The notes under the pieces are model-generated. The model saw nothing but the letters and a program-made list of their open reading frames with translations, made no database searches and was not told the origin of the DNA. Shown piece by piece: positions 51,971 to 64,000 of a DNA stretch of 64,000 nt (positions are counted from its first letter, which is position 1; every line of letters begins with the position of its first letter). The position numbers and the translations under genes are program-made. The stretch is from Novakomyces olei (Eukaryota): contig JADEYG010000002.1 in NCBI GenBank assembly GCA_016906335.1, forward strand, positions 186,001-250,000, written 5' to 3'.

Positions 51971-53438
51971 ATGCTACGATGCTGCCTGTCGAGGCAAACG
52001 AGCAGATCTTACTCTTTGATCGCTCATTTCTTTTCTTCAACTGCTTTTACCAGCAAAGCAAAAGTCTCCAAGACTCTGCGGCCGACTGGTAAAAGGCAGC
52101 CGGGCAAACAGCCAGTGGCCTCAGATAAGAAAAGGGTGGCTAGTAAGCCGATACAGTTGCCCGACGCTCGTATTCAATCTGGGAAGAAGCGTAAAAATGC
52201 CGACAGAAATGCAGTACACAAAGCAGCAGCAGCTAATCGGGGAGGATCCAGTGAAGAAGGGCAAAAGAGAACCGCTGTCAAAAAAGATAAAATCCGGCGG
52301 TCGCCATCAGTCTCAAAGACCGGACTAAAAGGTGCAATTGCCAAACAGAAAGGACGGGTTGTTTCAGGTGTGGCGTTGAGCGGACAAGCTCCTAAATCGG
52401 CGCCTCATTGGTTAAAACATAAAGTCACAATAGCCAAAAAGCATCCTGACGAGCAGTGGCGCCCTAAAAGACGAATTTCTCAGGACGCTATTGCGCAAAT
52501 TCGCGCAATGAATGCTCAGGTACAGTAACATGCTTGTCTTTATTTTAGCGAAATTTGAAATAAAGTTGTTAATTTATTTGTTAATTTATTTTTATCTCGA
52601 TATTCAGCGGGCTAATGTTCAGAACCCAGATTTAAATTCTCAAAAGTTGTCCGAAGCATTTCAAATTAGCCCCGAGGCAATAAGGCGAATACTGCGGTCT
52701 AAATGGGAACCTAGAAACCAAACTGAATCAGAGCGTAGGCTAGAGAGATGGCAAAGGGTATGTCAGCTTGTAATGGTTCCTTTATTTTTGGTTTAATCTC
52801 TATATTATTACTCTCAGTGCGAAACTGGGATAAAAATGTCTTGTTAATTTTATTTTCGACTGCTTTTTCCCCCCTCTGTTAAACGCTTGTTCGATTAATA
52901 GATTTTCTCGTAATTGACGCGTTTGCCCTGTGTATATATGATTTGTATATGATATGTTTTATGAGCACATCAATATATAATTCATTTGATGCCGATCGAT
53001 TGATTCCTAAGAGTGACTTTTTCCTTGCAACATTTTTATCGTCAAATCAAATTCTAATACAATCAGCGCTCGGAGCGGGCACTACAAGCAATGAAGGAGG
53101 ACAAAAAGCCTCCTTTTGAGTATAAATACGCTGATCAAGAGTTCCCTTCTCTAAAGGCACGTGATCATGTGAAATTTGCGCAACAAGAGTTGGTAGGTGG
53201 TAAAGGCCTCAGTGAACGGACGGTCAAGGCTAAACCGGCAATAAGACACAACATCAACAGATCATTACGTCAAGATGAGCTGCACGAGTTAACACCGAGA
53301 AGATTTGACCGCGTATTAAGGCACGAATTGAAAAGGGCTAAAAAGAAGGGGATAAAGCCAAGGAAAATGAAGCGGAAACTCATGCGCAAAAGAGACAAGA
53401 AATTTAAGCCTGCACTTGGTAGATCACGTTCAGAGTGA
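51971..53438 (+). CDS. RRG9: Rrg9 / neugrin-family mitochondrial protein, 3 exons
   Basis: Exons 51971-52519, 52623-52757, 53067-53438 (351 aa). WRPKRRISQDAIAQIR and LSEAFQISPEAIRRILRSKW signatures. Confidence 0.85.
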
Positions 53439-53671
53439 ACTCTGAACGATCTCTTGATATTTATATACATTTTCAAGTGTACTTAAGTGTATAACTTTTT
53501 TGCATTTTCGATATTCGACTTTGAATTCCATTTTACGCACTAATGGAATTTCCCATGGGAAAATTAATCTGCTCCACACAAGTAATCTTATGGGTCTAGA
53601 CGTTTCTGAGGCGGTTTGAGGCAAATATTAATTGACTACGAAAAGACAACGGCGCAAAAGCAAACACTACA

Positions 53672-54240
53672 ATGGCGGGCAACACGAATAAACCTCGAGG
53701 GGGTTTACGGATGTCGCTTATCATATTCTTTGCGATATTTGGACCGGCATTGTTAATAATGGTTGTTGTCTTTATCGTTCAACTTATGAGATGTCAAAGC
53801 AAAAAGCACCGACCTAGGCCTGATGAGCCCAGAAAAAGTATGACCTTAGCAAGAGAATCAGGACAGGGAGCTTGTGAATGGGTTTCGTTCCATGCAATCA
53901 AAAAAACGATTATAATTGAGAATAAAATAAGAGATGCGAGTCCTTTACAACAAACATTTCTTAATTCATCTATTTCAAAGACAGAAAAACATTAATGGAG
54001 AACATTGGTGGAAAATTTCTATTTATTATTAATCAAAACTAACGTAAAGGTGTAAACCAAATGACCCGATTCTTATTTAGAAGCTCTTCAACAACGGACA
54101 CAAGCGACAAATTGGAAAAAGGACAAGCGGAGAATCCACTGCATTCTTCACAAATAGCGTCTAATAGACAATTGGCCCCACCGCAAAGCGCATTTTTCCG
54201 CGAAGGGCAGCGATCAGTTCCTGTCAAAGACTCTGTGTAA
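53672..54240 (+). CDS. Orphan single-pass membrane protein (118 aa), 2 exons
   Basis: Exons 53672-53837 and 54050-54240; intron GTATGA...ACTAAC...AAG restores an open frame. One TM helix followed by a basic segment. Confidence 0.62.
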
Positions 54241-54349
54241 TGAACTGGTTATAATGACGGCAATGGCAATGACAGCGAGGCCCCGTGTATATTTGGTTAC
54301 TTGTGTGTCTGATCGATTTATGAGGGTATTGAACGCGTAATTAACGGTT

Positions 54350-56074
54350 TCAACGCGTGGATTGTACCAGTTTATCGAGTATTGTGTTCTTTGTCTCCCG
54401 CATTCTTTCCCGACTGTACAGATAAGGTCTGGGCAAGGAATCAAACGGAGCAGGCTTGTTCAATATAGCGTCGGCAATGGCTTTAGCGCACAACAGTCCG
54501 CGTGGCATTCCTGCAAGTTTAGCAATGGCAATAATGAAATTAATTTAAATAAAACTAAAGGAAATGATCCAATTAATGAAACTAAGTTGGTGTAGTTCAA
54601 TTACCGTGACCATGAAAACCAGCACAAATGTATCCGCCCTCTTCTTCGAGTTCTCCAACGAACGGCAGCTCATCGGCACTGTACCCCAATACTGAAATTA
54701 GTACGAGTCAACAAGACATTGACCAATATCATGTTTTTTATTTTTCAAATTTTATATATAAAGTTTAATTTTAATTCTAATTTTTAATTTTTAATTTTTA
54801 ATTTCAAGTTTTATCAACTCACTTCCTGTCCAGACACGCTCCATCCCACCGTCAGCGTCCCACCCGGTAAAGTTGCGCGGCATATAATCGCAAAAGTACG
54901 CAACGCTCTCGGCGTTAATGAGCTGGCTATCGTCCACGCTGCCGTACCATAAGTCCGGATTCTGCATGAAGCATTGCTTAGCCCCGCCGAGAATAATACG
55001 GCGGTCGGGTGTCTGGCGGCAAATCATATAGTCATACCAGGCACCCCGCCATCTGACACTGAAGGAGCTGCCTTCCGTCCAATCGGCGGGTGGAACAATA
55101 CTGCAGGCGGTTCCCCGTACGGGAACAATTTTGTCTTTAAACGCGGGCAGAATTGCTCGAGTATACGCATTAGTGGCAAACACTACTTTGCCCGCCACAA
55201 CACTGCCACGATCCGTGTTTATTCTCCATTTGTCTCCCTCTTTAGCAACGTTCCGGACGGCAGTATGCGTCTGCAGATTTAGGCCTTGAGCGACACACTT
55301 TTCCAGCAGGGCCATTATTAATTTATAGGGCCAAATGCTGCCTGCAGAAAAGGAGACCTGCAGCTTTGCGTCCTTGACTCGGCAATTCGCAGCAAGATCT
55401 GATTCTGTGACCTGTAAATCAGACATGTCCAGCCCGTCGGCTTCCATTGCCTTTAAGCTCTCCTTGACACGATGGATATCGCGCTCGGAAAAGTATACAT
55501 CACAGCCGCGAGTAAGGTTGAAGTCACAGTCGATTCCTTCGTTAGCCAGTAGAGTTTTAAAGGCTTCAATGTGTTCAACTTCAAAGGAAAGGAGCCGCTC
55601 TGCATCCCGCTGACCATACTTGGCCCTGTAGCCTGCGTAAGGCAGGTAAGGCGAAGGCTTTAAATGGCCTGCGCCGTTAGTCGAGATAATAAATAAATAA
55701 ATAAATAATCAATCAATTAATCAATTAATTAATTAATTATATTTTTATTTATTCAAAATTCAGCGTCAAGGTACAAGCGGCTTACCACCGTTGCGTCCAG
55801 TTGCACCTGAACAAGCCTCTAGAGTTTAATCAGCATAGGTCTGATTAAAAATTTTCACTTTACCCCGCGCCTCGAGCATCAGAATGCTCTGCTGCACGCC
55901 GCCTTTACAGAGCCAGTAAGCGGTCGAAGCGCCCACATATCCGGAGCCGATAATTGCGATATCAACACGATCCGGAAGCTCTTCCGTCGACCTGTGCTCC
56001 GCTAGCGGATGAGGCTCGCTTAGCCAGAAGGAGGTAGTGGAATTGTCCACGGGAAATCCGTCAGAGACCGTCAT
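54350..56074 (-). CDS. FAD-dependent oxidoreductase (DAO/PuuB-like family), 5 exons
   Basis: Exons 56074-55864, 55818-55786, 55668-54823, 54691-54605, 54510-54350 (445 aa). TSFW, IIGSGYVG, EAREACSGATGRNGGH, FATNAY, WTGILGYSADELPFVG, GFHGHGM. Confidence 0.9.
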
Positions 56075-56805
56075 TTTTGCGTGTAGTTTTGACCGAATTG
56101 TGCCATTAGCCGCTTATTTACACGCTCATCTGCCGTCTGGGGTAAACGCCGAGATAAGAATTACATAATACTGGTTTCAATATGGAGGATCGCAGTTGCA
56201 CAAACAAGTAATCTTTAGCAGCGTCGAAATAGCAGAATTATATATAGTATAGAGGATATAGTGGAGAATATAGTATGGAAGATGTACGGAGAAGGTAACA
56301 TGAGAAAACAGTATAGAGAATACAGAATAAAGTAATAACAGAGTATTATAGTCGCCAATGGACAAGAAATTTACGGGTAAATAAATAAATTAATTATTTG
56401 TACACGTTTGGGGGTAAATATAGTAAATCGTCCGTTAGAGTCGTTAATTTACGGAAGTTTAGAGCGATATTTAGTACTCTAACGGCAAATACTAAAATTC
56501 ATGACCCAGATTTATGATTCATCATTGCGTAGGAGCTTCTGACTAGCTCAAGAGTTAAAAAAAAAATCAAACGGCCTTAAATGCCGCAAATAAAAAATGC
56601 ACTAGACATTTCCTGGTGAATAAATTACTCTGTATCGCCCGCCAGACACCTCGCTGAGCCATGAGAAAATGTGACCGGAAAAAAGTGCGCAATTGAATAA
56701 AGCACTCTTGACGGGCTAGCCGAATGAAAGCGGACAAGAGTAAAATGAATTAAATAATAGAGACAATACAAGTACATTACAGAGCCGGTTGGGGGCAGTT
56801 CGAGC

Positions 56806-57267
56806 ATGGCCATTACTATGCAGCCCGAGATTCTATGGGGCTGTGCAATCGTGCTGTTCTTTGCCGCTTTGCTTTGCATACTGGGCTCAAGCACGCTAGC
56901 CCAGCGCCATCGTGATCAGCGTCGGCTAATGGGCCTCGTTAATCCTGGAGAGCCCAGTATGGACCAAGTGGCTATTGAAATTGATCGGATAAACAGACCG
57001 ACCATGGGCCCCGTGTATCCACAGCCAGCAGCGTCCAGAAGCAATGTCCATTGGGTACGAAAGCCGATCGCCCCCACAAAAAGCAAGCAAAAAAAGCAAG
57101 AGAGAAGGACAGAAACTTATGACAATGAGCCATACAACCCAGAAGAGCCTCCACCAGAGTACGACGAGGGAATTGTGCCGCAATCGAGCAGAGTACCACT
57201 GCCAGACGAGGATTTACATGAGTTAGATGTCCCAAAGCCAGAGAAAAAGGGGAAAGGCGATGTTTAG
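56806..57267 (+). CDS. Single-pass membrane protein with PPxY motif (153 aa)
   Basis: N-terminal TM helix, disordered tail with PPPEY; ATG-initiated GC-richer ORF flanked by AT-rich DNA. Confidence 0.7.
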   Translation: MAITMQPEILWGCAIVLFFAALLCILGSSTLAQRHRDQRRLMGLVNPGEPSMDQVAIEIDRINRPTMGPVYPQPAASRSNVHWVRKPIAPTKSKQKKQERRTETYDNEPYNPEEPPPEYDEGIVPQSSRVPLPDEDLHELDVPKPEKKGKGDV

Positions 57268-57680
57268 AGGATAAAGACTGCGATCGCAATCGACAGTTGA
57301 ATTATGTCAGAGCAGAGACAGAGACTTGATTAGAGGATCGTGTCGACTGATCGGAATATTATTAGCTAATATGAAAGAATCAGCAAAGAAACTAGTCCAG
57401 TAAACGACAATGAAGGAGTAGTAAAGCACGATAGAGTACATTTAAGCAGATACAACCATTTAGCTTGGAGAGTATGAAAGGAATAGCAATCGTAAAGCGC
57501 TGCATTCGCTTCGAGTTGAAGGCCTGTCAATGAAGCATTAGAAAATTTGTGTATAATTGAAATGTATAGAAAATTGGAGTAAATAGAAAATTGAGGTAAA
57601 TAAAAGATTGGAGTGAATAGAAAATTGCAATAAATAAAACCGAATCGGTTCATTCCTTTAATCTCCGATTGATAAGCACA

Positions 57681-58880
57681 TTATCCTGTCACTGAGCCAT
57701 TAGCAAACTCAACTCCCTCCTGGTTTATGCTCAGCCTAAACTCAAAAGGCTCGAAATTGCTGCCTTCCACACTAGCAATAAACTGGCCGGTCGTGCGAGT
57801 CATTACAAACCGACGTGCTTCTGCCAGCGTCCGGCAGGCTTCAGACACGCCCAGCTCACGATGAAGAGTGAGTCTTAGAGAGATAGCGCGTGTATAAACG
57901 GAGGGCATAGGGTGCCGGCCTACAATCCAGGCGTCTTGTGAATAAGCGTTACGTCCCTGGGGAAACAGGTTCCACATTGTGAGCACGCCAATTGCTCCCA
58001 ACTCGAGCAGTCGCGATCTTAGTGCATGCACTACTCGCCAGACTTGTGTACTGAAATCGGGAGCCGCTAATTCGCCTGTCATTGGCCAATAGTATGAGCA
58101 GATAGAGTCCAGAGCCACGAGTTTAACGACATAACCGCCGACTGGCTCATGAGCCAATGAACGGGTTAAATCTGAGAGTTCTTTGCAGAGCTCAGAGACA
58201 TTAGCCGGTCGGATCACGTGCAATCGGGTCTCGATGGCGTCGGTAATGATCGCCTCCACAGTGTCACTGTGCCTCTCTGTTTCAATCAGGGTTTTCTGCT
58301 TTATATTCTGCTTTATAAAGGACAAGCAGATCTGACGTAATCGCGCCTGACGAAACTTGAAGTCGCAGTCAAAGACAACGGCTCCACACTCGTCGGCGCC
58401 CGTTGCTACTTGCGCGTCCTGCAAGTAAAGAGTGGCGGGCAGAATAGTCTGTGCCAGCATGTAGTAGACAACGTGGCTCTTGCCCTGGCCTGCCAGTCCC
58501 ATTATCTCCACTACAGACCCGGGGGCAAGGCCACCGTCCTGTATTCGCTCATTGCCGTCTATTGGGGGAACGCCCGTCTTGAGTCCGCCTTGCGCTTCCA
58601 ATCGGCGAGCGGTAACGTCCGTCAGAATCTGGCTGGTCAGCGTCCACGCGTAAGCAAAAACAGACGAACAAAGAGCAACTGAGCTGGATTGCAAGTACTC
58701 GAATAAAATAGATAAAACAAACTAAATTATATAAATTATATAAATTATATAAATTATATAAATTATATAAATTATATAAATTATATAAATAAATAAATTA
58801 ATTAATTATATAAATAATAAAACAATGGAAATTGAATCGCGTCGGAATCAACGTACAGTTGTGAAAGAAAGTGTTTCCAT
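57681..58880 (-). CDS. Rad51 paralog, XRCC2/Rlp1-like RecA-fold protein, 2 exons
   Basis: Exon 1 58880-58857 (METLSFTT), intron GTACGT...GCTGAC...CAG, exon 2 58628-57681 (323 aa). TGVPPID, GSVVEIMGLAGQGKS (Walker A), VVFDCDFKF, LVALDSICSYYW. Confidence 0.82.
58723..58790. repeat. (AAATTATAT)n 9-mer repeat in the XRCC2-like intron
   Basis: About 7 perfect copies. Confidence 0.9.
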
Positions 58881-59104
58881 AGTAATGCCCTGATTGCAAC
58901 ATGGCGTATATGCGACTATACGCGATAGCCGCTAATCGTATTCTTTTGCTGGTTGTGCATTTACGCAGAGCAGTGCCTTGCGAGTATTGGGATGGCGACA
59001 CGTCGATATAACCATTTAATATGAAAATTATCGAAAATAACAGGGTGATACCTTCAAGTACACTCACGGGCCCCGTGCAAATAGCCACCCCTATTTTACT
59101 TGTC

Positions 59105-59425
<321 letters not shown>

Positions 59426-59447
59426 AATCTGGAGCCGTCGCAATCAC

Positions 59448-61193
<1,746 letters not shown>

Positions 61194-61294
61194 TGGCTGT
61201 GTAATTGTCTAGGCCTATTCCTATGTTGTACTTTTTTCTGCTGGAGTAATCATCAAGATATTCGTGTATCCATTTGTCTCTTTGTCTATAAGCC

Positions 61295-64000
61295 TCATGA
61301 ACCGTCCAGCGGAATTTCAAATACCCCAGCCAAGACTCTCTGGAACATTGCGGCGGGCTGCATGTAAGACGGAACAATCCCCTTGTTCTCCATATCCGCA
61401 AACAGCTGGATCGATTTGTCCGTAGTCCCATCGTACTTCCGGGCCGGGTAAGTAGAGGCGGCATCGAGCCCGATAAAGTCAATTCGCAGAGCCCGCAGGG
61501 GATCTTGGCCCGGTTTTAGGCGGATGGCGATAGGCAGCACAGACGTGTCAGTCCCAAAAGTGCTCACCTCTCGAATATGGTGCCGAAGCGTCTCCGGCTT
61601 GGCCGGGTTCGGTGCCGGTGGATCGGGAAGCGTCCATGAAACAATCTCGGCATCAAAGGCCAGCACCGTCCAGATCAAGCCAGGATGATGGAGTATCAGA
61701 CTCATATTCATGACATCGTCCCGCACAACGAGATTCTCGACGGTAATCCTCGGCTTCAGTCGGAGGAACTCGGATCTCGGCGCCGGATCCATGGGGATTC
61801 GGTACGAGGTCAGAAATTGAGAAAAGGGGTACAGTGTGTCCCAATCCGAGAGCCATTCGTCCATAAACTGATATTCAGCTGGACCGGACCCGTATTCTTG
61901 GGCCATTTGATCTGCCACCTGCCGCATACCAGCCGCCTTGTCTGCCGACGCCAAGTGCAGTGAGGACTGGAAGCTCGTAAAGTTATCCAGCCGCTGAACA
62001 AAGACCCGGCGAGGGTGCATTTCGTCATAAGGGAATGAAAAGTACGCAAGAAAAGTGGAAGCAGACACTGTCACAAGTAGGAAAAAGGAAATTGCCCGGG
62101 CAAAAGAACGTCTAGATTGTGAGGCTGGTCCTGATTGGGAGCAGCTGTACACCAGTCTTACAGAATAAGCGGGTAAAAAGGGAAGAGTAAGGAAAACTGA
62201 GCCGGCAACAAGGACAGCAATGATATTGTCCACCGGTGAATCCTCGCCGAGTCGGCCTGTAAGAGGAACAAAGATGTCCAGCACACCAACGACACTTTCT
62301 ACACCCAAAACAAGTGGAACAAAGGCAGCAATAAAATAGGTAACGACGCTAATCGGCGCTGACTCGCCTTGCTTCGTCTTGGGGGCAAGCAGTATATCAT
62401 TCAGGGCCAGAGCAATGAGCAAATTATAGCCCAGAATACACGTCCAATAGGAACTTGCAATGGGGGTGAGAGAAATGAGAGCGTAAAATAGAGTACTGGC
62501 CAGGAAAACTGACCTTTCCAGGTCAAATTTTGTGGAAGCGCTGGCGGCTTTTCTAGACTGGCGGCTGTAAAAGAGGAGAGCAGTACCCACATAAGTGGTC
62601 AGTACCAGGGGAACATAGATCAGCAAAGGCAGGGACTCGTTGCGGAACCAAATCATACTCTTGTCCAGGACAAAAGAGAACAGGGCCGCGTGGGCATTGC
62701 ACACAAGCTGCATTGCAACAAAGGTGCCGACATAGAAGAGCAAGGAGTGTATAAAGATACTAACACCAGCGGCAGAATGAAAGTTTAGGGAAATGTAAAA
62801 GACGACAAGGCTAATAAGGACGCGGCTAGCGACCTCGCTTGTCTGCAAACTGTACACAAAAATCAGCCGGTTGAGTACAGAGAAGAAGACTGTGTCATGC
62901 GATTCGGTGATCGTGGCAATCTCGACGTCCTTTTGTACCAAGTGTTGCAGGATAGCCAGTACGTTCTCCCCAAAATGCTGAGTTGTACCCGGCTGCACAT
63001 ACTGCACACGATCATTGTCGGTATGGTAAAAATAGCTGTGCCCAACAACTGCCATGTCAAGGCCTGTAAGGTTCCCATAGTCGGCAAACATACGAAAATC
63101 TGTGTCGGACAAGATGAGCCCGGTAGCAAAGATATCAGAAGCCATTACAGTACCATAGGGTCTGGGCACTTTGGAGTAGGCATTGATCATTTCCTTGCTG
63201 GAGGCCTGGAAGAGAATCTCGCTGCCTGAAACACCACAGGCTTCCAGGTTGACTACTGCCCGAATCGTATCTTTCCAATGATGATTGACAATAAAGCCAT
63301 GGCTTGCGTCCTGTAGACTCTCCTCTGCGTCGTTGAACAAAAAGATTAGAGAATGGTGCAGCCGCTGAGGGCTATGCGTAAAGATACGGATTGCCTCGAG
63401 CATGATGGCAATGCCCATAGCATCGTCAGCGGCTCCAGGACTGGGCAGTGTGGAGTCAATATGCGCGTTTATAAGAATAGCATCGCGCTTGCTCTCTTCC
63501 GTCCCATCGCTCAGCCGTACAATAACGTTGCGCAAGCCGTGATAACGTTTAAAGACGGGCTCTGCCGGTTAGATCAAGGAACTTGCAAATAGATAACGAA
63601 AAAATAATAATAAATAAATAATAATAAATAAATAATAAATAATAAATAATGAACTCCGATGACAAACAATAGATAGTTGTATCGTTCGGTTCATGTTGAT
63701 GGATTAAAACAATCGTATAGCCGCACGCAGAGGGAAACCTTACTATTCATAAAATCAAGGCGGTGTGAGCCGTCACAGTCTTGCAACTCAATCTCAAAAC
63801 TGTGCAGTCCATTGTAAGGAGACTCCTCGTACTGCTCACGCAGCCGTTCGATTTCTTCGACTAAAAAATGCCGTGCGTTTATATGCTCCTTTGTGCCTAC
63901 GGTACGGTACCCGTATACTTCCGAGAGCACATGCATATAGTCGAAAGCCTTTGCTTCACTAAACTGAGCGGCTCCAGTGACCGCATCGTACAACTCCGTC
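61295..64000 (-). CDS. M28 family multi-pass metallopeptidase (ERMP1-like), 5' end outside window
   Basis: Exon >64000-63744, intron 63743-63562, exon 63561-61295. YRTVGTKEH, NAHIDS, PGAADD, NDAEESLQDASH, NLEACG, SDTDFR, YHT; about 8 TM helices. Confidence 0.92.

Overview
Gene-dense, intron-containing fungal (ascomycete) chromosome segment. Asp1-, urg1-, Mug190- and FAS2-like sequences plus short introns with the branch point close to the 3' AG suggest an early-diverging ascomycete, possibly Taphrinomycotina (inference). I reconstructed 23 protein genes by hand; every complete spliced model has a length divisible by 3. In order: SDH5 (partial), guanine deaminase, Asp1/Vip1 PPIP5K, NTE1, a head-to-head FAS2/FAS1 pair, a membrane protein, ARP9, BRF1, dynein light intermediate chain, a CoA-binding protein, urg1/URC1, two tandem Mug190-like SMP/C2 proteins, COX18, a DUF676 lipase, RRG9, an orphan membrane protein, an FAD oxidoreductase, a PPxY membrane protein, an XRCC2-like Rad51 paralog, a DAGK-family lipid kinase and an M28 ERMP1-like peptidase (partial). 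I found no tRNA, rRNA, transposon or CRISPR. The most unusual features are very long micro/minisatellites in introns and divergent promoters, in-frame repeat expansions inside conserved enzymes, telomere-like AACCCT boxes, and a structured non-coding element in a 1.7 kb gap. No clearly new biological system is proven from sequence alone.
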